DNA of 63,484 nt, filler included, from Cladosporium halotolerans (GCF_011745625.1; 5 parts of 5 records of this genome joined end to end with filler, not necessarily neighbours in it), one strand, 5' to 3'; counted from the whole stretch's first letter, positions 1 through 12,508 are shown. Notes: generated by a model not told the origin, from the sequence alone. Numbers and translations are program-made.

Positions 1-98
1 CAAACCAACCAGATACATGACCAAGGCCGAACCGTAACCTACGAAAACCTACCAACTGAACCACAAAAACCAGATTGACCGAACCAATAAGTTCACTG
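1..98. mobile_element. Probable end of a hAT-like DNA transposon (subterminal AACC/GACC repeats), cut by the window start
   Basis: Dense AACC/GACC motifs stop abruptly at ...GTTCACTG (reverse complement CAGTGAAC, a hAT-like terminus). Same organisation as the other transposon ends at contig borders. Confidence 0.45.
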
Positions 99-665
99 CT
101 CAGCATCGAGACCGGTGGAATATATTTGATATCAGAGATCACTGCAGATCACCCCTCATGTGAATTGTTCAGGGACAGGCCGAAACCCAAGCGACAAGGG
201 ATCCACTGACGAATGTAGCCGCATGATGTGCCAGCAGTGACGTGTCTTGTGTATACCAGCGGGTACTCGGTCTGACCAGGGTCTGTACTTCGATACGCCG
301 TGACAGAGTCGTTTGTTTGGAATGCAGGAAAATTGCATCCGAGCCGGTATCTTTATTGGGTGTTGCAGGCGTACCCCACTTCGTTGCATGATTCTCTTTA
401 CGAGATCTATACGGTTGTTTTGGGCAAACCGCATGATCTCCAGTCGTGGCGACACGCATGCGACGGACCTCGGAGCATAGTCAGTGAGGATATAAGGCGG
501 TGGGCGCGCCTCCATGATTGACTATTTGTGAATGTCTAGAAAGCCATCCTCGAATTTCTCAAAACTGAGCGGGATCACCCTTTCGCAACTTTCGCATGAG
601 ACTCTGCAACGCCGCCGACGGATTCAAAATTGTCCTCCATCTATCCCATTTGTCGGGCTCACATA

Positions 666-2101
666 ATGGAAGGATTAAAAGCATCAGACTTACGAGCACC
701 GTGTCGAAACTTTGCTTCCACAGGATTTTGTCGGTTTGGAGATCGCTGTCGCTATTCTCATGACATACATTGGCGAACAACTCGACCCCCTCCTGAGTCA
801 ACACCTTGCTTCCATTGGGAAATCAGCGGGACATGCCCGTACGGTAATCGATGTGCATACTACCACAAGCCTGACAATCTCAAAAAGTCAAGTTTACTAC
901 ATGATGATCTGGTCACTGAATTACACCGTTTCGTGACAGAGCCTCGAGCGCCTGGAGAACCCGCCATGATTGCCAATTTCCAGGAGGTCGCTAGTTACAA
1001 TTGGATCGTCGCGGGAACACCGACCATAGGGATTCCCGGTACTCTTTATCTATGCACATAAAAAGAAAGTGGCTGACTTGATCAGGTGACCCTCATGAGT
1101 TCAAAGTTCCGCAAATGCCGCTCGTTCTACAACCAGACGCCGTTGTTGCTAGCCGCCAAACGGATGGTACACATTGCCCGAAGCTCTACACCTTTCGCCT
1201 TGAAGCTCTAGCCCAGGCGTGCTTGAAACTACATCCTGCGTTCACGTTACAAGGAATTGACATACTCTGTGGCCTTAATAATCTAAGAAAAGTTTTCGAC
1301 TTCGCAAGCGGGAAGCAAAACGGAGTTTTCAGGATAGATGTTGAGCTTTGCATGAACACTGTATTAATGACTCGGTGGGAGCCTCTGCAGAGGAGTATGA
1401 GTCAAACATCGCTGTGCCGTGGTTACGGGAAGAACTTTGAGATTGCCTGCACCACACAAGATGCACAACCATCTAAGTCTTCTAGCCATCACAGAGTCGT
1501 CTCGTACTCCTTGAGAAGGATGAAAATGGTTGTTCAATTCGAGGCAGACGCTTGTGACTGCCGCCGTCAGAACCCCAAAGTGGCAGTCTATCAGTCAGAG
1601 GCGCACTCAGCTGGTCGAGACTCGACCTCCAAGGGAAAGCAGGCTTCCTCATGTGACTTCTCGAGCCGCTCATCATCACACCTCAACATTGTCGAAATCG
1701 GCGAGAAACACGATTCAAATTGCTTGATCGAAATCAAATCTCGAGATCATAAGAATCGAAATCTTGACGATATCATGGTCCAGATGTGGCTATCGGGGCG
1801 ACGAAGAGTTTATCTTGGCCGACATGTTCGAGGACGCTTCGACACGGATACAGTGTATCAGGGTGACATTGATGCTGATCTTCACGAGTGGCAGAAACAG
1901 CACCAAGATAGCATAGCCTGTTTCACCGAATTATTGTCACAGATCCGGCGAAAGGTCAAAGAATCGGCTCTTGAAGACGGTGGAGGCAGATTCGCATTGA
2001 TATGCGAACGGAAGAAAACAGGAACGGTGCTCACTCTTTGGCGACGCGAGGGCGGTCAAGACTTCCTGCAAAGTGAAACCCTAGCCAAGCTTCAGCGATA
2101 G
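666..2101 (+). CDS. Two CCCH zinc fingers + Rai1/DXO-like PD-(D/E)XK nuclease domain protein
   Basis: Exon 1 has CRNFASTGFCRFGDRCRYSH and CFHWEISGTCPYGNRCAYYH. A GT-AG intron at 1039-1085 (branch GCTGAC) joins in frame to the 328-aa ORF. That ORF has GYGKNFE, FEADA, EIKSR, VQMWLSG and LGRH in the order of Rai1/DXO motifs II-VI. Confidence 0.75.
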
Positions 2102-2789
2102 AAACATTACGGGAACGAATTGTTATGAGGATTGCATTCAAGTAGTGATTTCATGTACTGTTGAAACCAGGTGCGAATTAGATGATTGAGTCTGGCATCC
2201 ACTGCTGGGGTCGTCAACCTTCCTCTAACCCCAGTTCACTTGTGATGATCTGCATGCTCAGGCTCAGCAATTCTTGGCACACGATGCCTGGCCTTGTGTA
2301 GGCTCAATGCACTTCCCACCGTAATTTCATATCACCATGGAGATGACGAAGAAACACGTTCTGTGAGGAACCACGTCAACACAAGGTGAGCAGTTGCGAC
2401 TGGCGCACCTACTTTACCGGTCTGCATCACTACTCCAACCCAAGAGTAGTAACGCGTCGTACTTTAACGGCTGCGAAGCGAGAAATAGCCCACTATTCAT
2501 TTTACCATGCGTATTGGATATTTTGTAGTGATAGCGGTTACTGTTATATAACGGTTTCTAGAGTCTCAGTTTTCATGGCAAAGCTTCGGCGCTGGTATTA
2601 CTCTGAGCTATGATTCCTTTTGCCAAAACCATGTGCTGTCTTTCACATTCAATGGCCGACTTCTTCGGAAGCGAGCGTCACTCCCAGGTCGAGTCGACAC
2701 TCACTTCCATTCAAAGCCAGCCACCAGCTTCTTTTGGTGAGCAAGAGATTTTGTACACAACTCGCTTCAAAACCAGGCTCTTGACTAGC

Positions 2790-3237
2790 TGTAGATCATC
2801 TGATTGTGACCAAAAGGGCACGCAGAAGTATGTTGTCTTCTGACTGCTTCACTTTGCTTAGAGGAAATCATCTTCCGCGATCATTCCTCAGATCTTGCTG
2901 GAGTTCTCTTCGATTTTGGTATCTGGCCGGGGGAAGATTTCCAGCTTGGCGTGCCGAAATGAGGTCCCATATGTTGATTGAAACAGTGCGGAGAGCCTGG
3001 GAAGAATCAGTCAAGGTGAAAATGTAAATTTGCAGCAGTGGAGCATGCCGCTTTGCATTTCCTGATCGACTGGCACACCTCAACATCGCAGTTGGCGCAG
3101 AGCTGCTGCCATCTTCCAAGAATGGTATCGTCTCGACCGTAATGGAAGTCGAATGCTGCCGAAGCATCGGATAAAGCATCTGCAGTGACGCCAATATCTG
3201 TCCTCGCTCGATGCTTACTTCTGGCCATTGGATCCAC
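2790..3237 (-). pseudogene. Small conserved fungal hypothetical protein, probably disrupted
   Basis: FDFHYGRDD-ILGRWQQLCANC-SIRKCKA, then an intron with a GC donor, then ALRTVSINIWDL...ELQQDL..GR*FPLSKVK..LLRALL. This matches a recurrent uncharacterised fungal family pattern as I recall it. In-frame TGA at 2868-2870. Confidence 0.55.
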
Positions 3238-4520
3238 AAGGTATCGATCTCAGTATCGTGGTACGAATAGTACGGCGATGGTGGTAATTGGATGTTTATT
3301 GATCTTTTGGTACTGCTCGAAACCTGTATTAGATACGACCTCTGCTTTGTAGTTAATGGAAGTCGTACTTGGTTAGGAGGAACTCATTAGACGAGGAGTT
3401 TAACTCTTCCTGAAGCTGTTCACAGCCAGAATATACACGAAGCAAGTTTGAGCAAGTTCAAGTTTGCGCAAGGTGTTAATTTCCCGATTTGATAGTATTT
3501 TTCAAATTGAGCAGGAATATCTCGAATCTTGGCATCTATGCTCCAGTAGAGAAGACTGCATCACAAGAGGACTGGCAGGGATTCGTCACTGTATTAAATG
3601 CCCAGTATCTAGTGTCACCCAACTGCCTGTTCGATTGGATGGAAGCTAACTGCATATGCCATTGCTCAGACTCTAGAATATGCAGCATAGGATCATGCCA
3701 CGTCCCCAGCACTCGACCGGTCCAGTGTCGAATAAGTGGTTCTTTTAGCACGCCATGTATCTGTTGAGTCGTCTTCCATGCGTAAGGACCGCTTCTGCAA
3801 ATCTCTTGCTTCTTACGACCGTCCGCTTTGACTTTTTTCCGATCCTGATGCGCAATCTCCGTTGACGCTCACAAGTTCACGTAGCTTTCGAGATAAGGAT
3901 ATAAGGTCTCCCATAAGCGGTCGTCACAATGCGTGTGTAGATTGTGACTTGCCGTATTGGCGCGATTGTAAATCAGTTCGTCAATCTGTGCTTGACCCGG
4001 GACATACAATGAAATAACCCAGTCCCTAGACCGGCTTTCGGTGATATGCGTCGCTTATAATATGCCCTGGAATCGGTCTTCAGAGAAACTTTGGTCTGAC
4101 ATGAGGCCCCGAGTTGACAGTACGCCTGCAGCAAGAATGGCTACGTGGACTCCGCCGTCAACTGGAGGGGACCCGGACTGTGTTTGGACGCTTTACGAGA
4201 GTGCGCGCGCTCATGGCTGACCACAGATCTCGACAAATGATGCATTAGAATCGCAAAAGTCATGAGAAGAGCCTCGCGTCCTGCCTCGAGCATCATGATG
4301 TGGTGTTTTTCGAGGCATGGCCCACGTGGTGAGATGGATATCCTTTATCAAGTGCCTTGCACTACTTGTCAAGGCCTTTTTCCTGCATTCGCCCAAGGAA
4401 ATGTACTCTATGGCAACATTTGAATGATGTTTGCTGCTACAGTATCAAGTTCTCGAAATCTGTTTTTCTGTGTGAAGTTTGTTGGTAATGGTACGCACGC
4501 TTTCTGAGCCAGTCATTGCC

Positions 4521-6257
4521 CTAAGTGCAGCTGAATATGTCCTTCAGATTTGCGCAGACAAACACTGAGGACAGGGTGGTCATCGAAGGGAAATCTCTCG
4601 CTCTTTGGGAGGCAAACGCTCTAATGGCTTGCATCGATCTCAGAACCTCTGCTGGTTCCTTTTCGAGCCATCCGAGCCTCCAAGCTTGTATATCTGCAGA
4701 AGTCATTCAACAGGACCTTTTTCCCTCCAATCACGGGTATCGTACCTGTTGATAACGTACGTTTCAGTCTACGATTCTTAAGCGTCAGGAGACATATTGC
4801 TAGCTCGCATGGTTGAAGTTTCCCGAAACATGTCGTCGCGATGTATGAGGCTCTTTGAAGTTCTTCCTGCGACGTTGAGCGATCTTGCGCCCAGTCCGAA
4901 CGAAGGTCGCGAACACGATTTGTCCATTTTCCCTTTCCGTGAGGGTCGTCCAACTCAGGGTAAAGCTTGTAGAGTCCTGGTTGTATGATATCCTCCAAAG
5001 TGGCCACAGCTGACCGATTCCGGTGCACTAAAAGCCCTTGGGATAGATATTACCGTTGTCATAACCCTGCTCCCTAAGTCGAAATTCAGCTTGAATCTTT
5101 GGACTCGCGTTCTGACTGCCACGACACTGTTCGAGTAGCCACGTGTCCCGGGCGAATTGTCCACGAGGAAACCTTGTTGTGTCCACCACACAGATGTATG
5201 TATCACCTGGGGACTGATGACCTATGTGACACCTCCAAATTGCATACTGGAGCACGAAAAGCATTGAGCTGCTCCAGGACATCAAGTTGTCGGCATGATC
5301 GGCGTCACGAAAGCATTCCTTTTTCAGATGAGCACACAACTTCTCGGCTCTCTCTTCTATCTCCAGTGAAAGGAGATCTGTCCGGCTGATTTTATTTGGA
5401 TGTATGCTTGCGGAAGAAGCCACTACAGTCTCGTCGCTTTTGCCAGAGCTTGCGGCGTCGAAGGCTCGGAACAGATACCGCGGAACCTCGGGCAGATCTT
5501 CGATTTCGTCATTATTGGGGTACGGCCAGAATAGTGTCGGTCCGCCTTGGCAACCATGCAGCATTCGCACCCAGAACCCGATCCAAGCACGATGAGTTCT
5601 CATTTCGTTCTCGTCTCGCTCTTCGGATCTTCTCCGTCTGCGAATACTCTCTGCTTCGGCATAATCTTCGTCGACCTGGAGGCGATCTTCATGGTCGTAA
5701 TACGCTTCGCTATTGAAGTCCGGATCGTAAGGCGACACAAGGTTGGCTTCATATAAAAGAGCGAAGTAGTGATCGATATGTAGGTTGCCACCGAGAGCCT
5801 GAACGTGGCATGCTTCCAGAATCCTCACCATCGAGTCTTTACCCCATTCAGCGTCCTCATAGCTCTCCTTGATGACTGCTCTCACCTCGGACTCGAAATG
5901 CAAAAGCAACTTGCGAACATCTGAATCGCCATTATAAGATGACATAAGTCGAGACATGATGTATTCGACAGTGTCGTTTTCCAAATCATGGACGATTCTC
6001 GTCATTTCTGCAAACCGCTTGAAGACCAAGCCTATTGCCGCTATGCGGAAACTGAGAAGGGTATTGCCATCTTGGTTCACGACCTGAGCCTGGTTTACTT
6101 CTGTTTCCAGCTTGGAGGTGACAGAAGCCAATTTCTGGATGTCGTCATAGAGAGCATTCTCCTGCTCATTTTCCTTGTTTCCTGCGTTGACATGCATTGG
6201 TTGAGTAAGAGTGACATTGCTCATGAGCCGGGCGACGTCTTCTAATGAGTTCGGCAT
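4521..6257 (-). pseudogene. DUF7587-like (ADP-ribosyltransferase-like) domain protein with a 1-nt frameshift
   Basis: 409-aa ORF with VPRYLFR, NLMSWSSSMLFVLQYA and ICVVDT. Adding one base at 5051/5052 restores DNGEYLSQG and continues into ORF 4621-5028 (GLYKLYPEL..WTNRVRDLR). The 3' end is approximate. Confidence 0.65.
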
Positions 6258-7099
6258 CGTTCTTGTTCAACGCCGCTTATGGAAGGTGATTGCTGTAGGG
6301 TGCGAAGGTGCTTTAGACCAGGCCAGGATGGTTGACTGCCTTTCGTATTACTTCGTGGCAGGAATGTGGGATTGATCATATCAGTACACGCACCTTTGTC
6401 TTCGAAAGAATGGATACGATGCCTTAAAGAAGGAGAAGGTCCGGTGCTTCCAGTCCAAAGACGAGCTCAGCTTCAGCTAGCACACGTGATACAACGATGC
6501 GCTGGCCATGCATAGTTTACCAATCTAAATCCGTCAACCGCACGAGGACACCGGCTATCTTCAAATCGGCGTAAGCTATTTGTATTCCTCCGCTCGCCAC
6601 GAAGGCGAACTTACAAGTCGCTTCAGGCTTAATCGCAAGCCAGGGACAAACATTCTTGTCCACGAGGCAGCTGTTTTGTGAGCCTGGTGTAAGTCTAGTG
6701 GCATTATTTGTCCATAGTATAAAGGAGAACCGAGTGATTATAGCTTCACATCCATTCTCTATTTAGGAACGCCAAGTCATGCAGAAGCTACCAAGCTTCA
6801 CACGAGCGTTTGACCGGTTAACATCTAGACCAATCAACTTCTGCCACGCTATAGTGCAGGGAAATGCCACACAGATGCTCGATCATCCATGCTGAGGAAA
6901 AATTTCCGATGTAGCGCCCGGCAAACTCTCACGGAGCCTTAATCTTTCCTCTCCAGTGTGTCCTGATCATTCTCAGACCGTCTACGAAACAATTTGGTCG
7001 CTGACATGAGCGGCAAAGATATGACGCTGGGATTTGGTTTCGAATTGCGCAAGCGAGGAGTCATCTCGCTGATTGCCTTACGATCGATCAGGGCCGCCA

Positions 7100-8665
7100 T
7101 GATTTCATGACAATCAGTTGCATGAATGCCTCAATTTTTTCGGTGCGGAATTACGGACGTGGCTCTTGTTCGACGGAACCTTTTCTAAACTCCTCAAAGG
7201 CAGCTTTGGAACAGTTGATAGATCGAGAAAGTAGACTAAACACCATGGCCTTGGAACTCGAGGACCGAAAGTTTTCTCGCTGTAGCTATCAGCAAGAAGC
7301 CAAAGATCTTCAAAACAAGCTGAATGGTCTGAACCGCAGAATTATTAGTACCATAGGTGTATCTTTCGGGAGGTATATTCGTCTGACATGATCATGGGCC
7401 AAATCTGCGTCTGTTATCGTTCTTATTGATGGCGATGGTGCAAAATTTACAGAAGAACTTCTCCAGACTCAAGAGAAAGGTGGTGCAGAGGCTGCCTTTC
7501 GACTCAGACAGGCTGTGCGTGGATTCATGGGTACGACAGATCCTGAGCTCTGCGAAGATGACAATCCAATCTTTGTGAAGATCTGGGCCAATCTAGGAGG
7601 TCTGACCAGCGCTCTTCACAAAATGACTCTATTACAGCCAGAATTCAGATGTCAGAATTTGCCGAACACTTCAGTAGGAGTCGGGTTGAATTCGATTTTG
7701 TCAATGTAGGTCAAGGGAAAGAGAACGCTGAGAGTAAGGTGAGGAGGATGTTCAGTTCTTATTACAACAACGTCCAATGTGGGAGTGTAATCTTCGCTGG
7801 ATGTCACGATACGGGGTATATTCATGATCTGCAAGAGAAACAAGGATTGAAGAGGCAAAGCAGCGAATCGTCTTTCTTGAGACCATCCCAGCAGAGCCAC
7901 AGTTCAGACAACTCGGCTTTCCCATCCGCTTCGACTCTGTGTTCCGCAGCACACCACTAGAGAACGAAATAAAACAACTCAACATGCCTGTTATGGAGAT
8001 AAATCCTCCACAGGAGACACAACCTACTACGACAGCATCTCCATTGCATTCGTCACCACCACTTTCGCAAGTACCCCCGACACCGGAGGATGTCCACGAA
8101 GACCAGAATGATGAGGTCAGCAATGTCAATATTCCAACGAATGGTGGAACGTCCGTAAAGTACGCCTCTGTGGGGCGAGATACTCAACAGATTATTGTCA
8201 TCTCTACACCAGAGGCCAGCTAATCGAGATTTATTCCGTACAATGCGGCAAAGAACCGCTTGGACCAACCGAACGAGCGTTCCTGGGCGCCGGCATCCAA
8301 ACAACATACAACGCCAAGTTGGGAAAAGTCAAACCAAAGGCACTCTGCAATGATTTCTACCTCGTCGGAAATTGCTCGTAAGGCTCTTCATGTTCGAGAG
8401 AGCATGGCCAGACCCTCACGAGCGAAGAAGTTGTATTTCACTGATACAGAGCTCGAGCAGCCCCTTGCACTGATGGACCCTCATGTCGGAATTTCGATTG
8501 CTATTCTAGCCATCACTGCCCGATTGGATGTCGTTGTAGCAAGAGCTCTGTCTGCCACTTCTCTAGAGCTTACCACGGACACCTCCATTCCGAGAGGCGA
8601 GTGAAATGCCGCCAGCGATCAGATGGGCCGAAGGTCAGCAATTTCCCGAGAATTTTGAGTGAAGA
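7100..8665 (+). pseudogene. DUF7923-like (NYN/PIN-like) domain + C-terminal tandem CCCH zinc-finger protein, frameshifted
   Basis: Fragments across frames: coiled coil; VIVLIDGDGAKF..GGAEAA; VKIWANLGGL; FDFVNVGQGKENAESKV; FAGCHDTGY; then LCNDFYLVGNCS*GSSCSREH and PCTDGPSCRNFDCYSSHHCP..C..CHF. Several frameshifts and stops. Confidence 0.7.
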
Positions 8666-9837
8666 TTGACATGATGAGATAGCCTATCCACTATTTTGAG
8701 TAGTCTACTTCAAGGACCTTGAGTTTCGTTACTCGAACAAATGAGAGATCGTACCACGGCCTGAAGACAGCGTATGTACCTATGGCCTCCTTGTCATTCC
8801 GAACTCTGTGCGCACCCTTTCCACTCATCTCTTTTCGTTCATCTGCTGGTTACATTTCCTTCCCTATACTTCCCATTGTATAACGTAGATGGTGGAGAAC
8901 TTGGCCGGGTGAGGGACTTTCTCGTTAGCATCGCTCTTGCCCTTCGTTTACTTGTCAAGTAAGCCTTGGCTGCTGGAGACACGCTGCCTGTAGAATTTTG
9001 TGCGTCTTTCTGCATGCTAGGATCCAACTACCTGCATTTAGTTGCCCAACAACCCGCAAAAATGATGCCGAGTCGCCAACTGGTCGCGTATCTTTATGCA
9101 AAACTAGGAATAATCTCACAGGGACACCTTCACTCGCGACGCCTTTCTCTTCGGCACTTTATATCTGAAGGCCGAATGGAAGCTGGTGACGAGGAGAGAA
9201 CGATGACAGCGATAACTGCCGTGACAGGGATGACGACAGTGAAGATCTAGGCGAAGGCGGCGGGAAGAAGGATGTTAGGACTCAATGTCCCAAGAGCCCA
9301 TAGCCCTCGTTGTGCAAGAGCAGAGCGCAGATGAGTACAACAAAGGACATCAAGAAGCTCCAGTGGATCAGGCAGACAAGGAAAAAGGAAGGGAAAATGG
9401 AGGGGAAGATGGATTGCAACAGTTGAACGAAGAGAAGAAAGAGGAGCAGGACAAGGCATATGATAAAAAGCAAATGCACAATGGGACGGGAAAGTAAGAT
9501 GGTGAAGACAAAAGCGACGAAGAGGGAGAGTGTCAAGATGAGGAGAGGGCGAAAAGGGACTGGGGAGGTGATGACGCCATGCGGGAAGACACGGAGGCAA
9601 TTAAATATCGTGGGACAGAGGCATGCGGCGAAGAGGGAAAGAATGGAGGAGAAGATCATAATAATGGTAGATTTGGGTGTGCTCATCAAGCTGTGTGTCT
9701 ACTGCTGGAACCATCCACTGGTTTAGATATTCGGAAGGTCGGTGGACGTCTGGATGCTCTGCCCCTTCACGCGCATCAATACCGGTGCTCTAGCGTCTTT
9801 GAGTATCTTGCAGCCTCGCAGACTGAGGCACCCACTT

Positions 9838-10900
9838 TTACATCCTGGCAAACCTTTCTGCGAGGCGCGCAACGAACAACTCAACAAAAAGTCCGCCTTC
9901 ACGCAAGAGGAGACGGAATTCCGACGTCAGTGTAAGCAAATGAAAATTGTTCGCAGCGAAATGCACACAGACATTCTGCAGAGTGTCCACATGAGGATTA
10001 TGTGGCGCCTCGTTGAGTGGTCGCTCGATTTCAGAGGAGACCCTTTCTGGCGTGTGTTCAAACACATACCTGATCAAATCCGGGATTGCTGAAGAGGGTC
10101 GTTCTGCGCTTTCGTAATGTCTGAATGCCCTGTACAAGCGCTCACTCGAGAGAGCTTTCAATTCCTCCAGTCCGTACTTTTCTGCTAAAACGTATAACTG
10201 CGCATGGCAGAGGAAGACTTCCGTATAGTCGTGGGGACCTTTCATGTTGCGGTTGATTGTTGAACAGGCGACGACAGGGCTGTTGACAGTGACGCGAATG
10301 TCAAGGTCGGGTAGCCTTGGGGAAAGTTTGCTTTCCTGTGCCGCTGCATATAGTGTTTGCTGTCTTTTCTTTTTCTTGTCCTTGTCTTTTTTGCTACGCC
10401 TCCAAGTTGCCCATGGGTCCGATTCCTCTGCTGGTGATGGCTCCGGCAGCTGCTCTGGCAATGAATCTACCATTGGTTCCTCCATACCAGCCGCTGGAGC
10501 CTCTGCACATGGCTGCTTCCAATCATAAGAGTCGTGGGAACTCTCCTCTGGCTCGTCCGTCTGATGGTTCTGCGTGTCCACCTTTGCTTCCTGCGTAGGT
10601 TCGGGCTGAGGTGCAATGTAATCTCCAGTGTAGATGAACTCTACGAAACGAGCGAAAGTCTTTGTATCGGCATCTGTCAGTCTCACGAACTCTTCATCCG
10701 TTTCCTGCATCCCATTATCTACCAGAGCAGCCAATGCAGGTGAGGCATTCGATAAAAGAAGTTTGTGCACTGAGAAGCGATGGTTTTCGACATCAAACTC
10801 GAATACTCACTCCACCACAAAACATCCTGTAGTTCCTTGTTAAATCAAATGATAATGAAGAATTGCGTCAGTTAACTCACGCAACGTTTTGCTGTGCCAT
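9838..10900 (-). CDS. BTB/POZ domain protein
   Basis: FSVHKLLLSNASPALAALVDNGMQE...DADTKTFARFVEFIYTGDY and HAQLYVLAEKYGLEELKALS. Short first exon (ATG 10900, GTGAGT donor). The 5' splicing is uncertain, and a TGA lies just upstream in the BTB frame. Confidence 0.8.
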
Positions 10901-12136
10901 GTTGAGGTGTTGCAAGAAAGATGAATCTGAGACAGCCTAGTAGACGAAGTCCAATGTAGGAATAGATCATTCGAGCAAAGCAACACAAATCAATAATTCC
11001 ATGAAGACTTTAAGATGAGACTCGGGACCCTCGATAGCAATGCCGCCTTGGATTGCTGCATCTATGCGGTAAGGTGCGCATTCGGTATGTGGATATCGAC
11101 CGGTGAATCTACGAGCGAATAAAATTCGTATCTGACCCTCCACCGTCATGCAGACGTCGAGGTTCCCGCCCCTTCTTAAAGGTTCCACCCTATATGCGTT
11201 GTCGGCTTTGGCCGCTAATGCGGGGTTAGAGGAAAGGGAAGAGAACTGCTCAGCGCGGCGTCAATCGATAGTTGATGTGATGGCACGCACATCGTACATG
11301 GGCGGAAAAGCTCCCTATTTGTTTGCGTCACGCAGTCGGCGTCTAAGCTTGCTGCAAAGCCTGCTTGCATATACTGCAGCGTAGAGTGAGCCAATCGGAC
11401 CGAATGTTCACCGGTCTACTGTCCAGCGGCGCAAGCTCTAAAGACCTTGACCGTGTTTGAGGGAATGATCGATGATCTCAAGTGTAGGACTATCAGTATT
11501 CGCGCTGAAGCCTCGCCACGCAATTGAGCTCTGTCAAATGTTTTAATTCACTGGCCCGTGAGGATACTATTGGGAGTGGCTTTCGATATGCACGCTACAG
11601 CCAGTCCGCAAGCTGCGCATCACCGCGCTTGGATGCGCCGAAGTCACTCATATGTACTGGCAGGGCCTTGGCGTGAGATCCCGGGTGCGTAGACTGCATG
11701 AAGTTGCTACACGGCGCGAATGCCAAGATGGGAACCGCGTCCGTCAGCAGTGACTGATAGGTGAGAGGTGGGTAGCTTGCATGGACACAGCCATTGGAGA
11801 AGGATGTCCGCACCAAAGTAGTTCTGCTTTGTGAAGCACTTTGAAGTTTTCAGAGCTTAGATTTACGTCGCCTGTAGGCCGTCTATCCAACGGAGCTACT
11901 ACCTCGACCCACACCTGATTTCCTGCGTCTCTGACTGCCCCTCGTCTCTTGGAGCTCGAACATTCACCGCGCCTAGCCTCGATACCATGAATGTCACTGT
12001 ACAGCCACTCAGGCCCTAAATCAGCTTCATCAAGTTACTTTTCCGAAATGTTAGGGTGACCGCTGCATTGGCTGCTAGTGTGAGGTCGCCATTGACCTAG
12101 CTTCATTCACACATTGCCTGGTATACTTTTACGCTA

Positions 12137-12508
12137 ATGTTCGTCCCAGTCAAGAAAACCGTATGCGTCTTCGAAATACCACGGAAGACGACTTTGGTGC
12201 CTTCGAAAAGCGGTACAATCACAAAAATGGGGAATAAAGCACCGGGGCACGATCTCATCAACATCATCTGCGAAGCGTTTGGCGAAAATATTTCCGTGAT
12301 TAAGGATCTAACGAGGAGTTCCGAATTACCTTTCGCGCGCATGACCGTGACAGCAACATTCGAATGCCGGTCTTGTCAGAAGATGAAAACTTCTAAACTG
12401 GTCGCTTTCCGTGGCGGTGATCCCACTCGACCAATGTGCAATGCTTGCTATGGAAGCTCGATGAGTGGCAAGGCCCCAGCGAAGGGGATACAGGAGGAGT
12501 TTGCGTAA
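12137..12508 (+). CDS. Small CxxC...CxxC zinc-ribbon protein
   Basis: TFECRSCQKMKTSKLVAFRGGD..RPMCNACYG. Start codon uncertain. Confidence 0.55.
   Translation: MFVPVKKTVCVFEIPRKTTLVPSKSGTITKMGNKAPGHDLINIICEAFGENISVIKDLTRSSELPFARMTVTATFECRSCQKMKTSKLVAFRGGDPTRPMCNACYGSSMSGKAPAKGIQEEFA

Noticed and set aside
1115..2101. Geranylgeranyl pyrophosphate synthase label, which I recall being attached to similar fungal proteins
   Set aside because: No DDxxD prenyltransferase motifs; the motifs fit a PD-(D/E)XK nuclease.
9177..9730. Hydrophobic 135-aa minus ORF and overlapping charged ORFs
   Set aside because: Product of a purine-rich low-complexity tract. It may be a decayed gene, but no family motif is recognisable.
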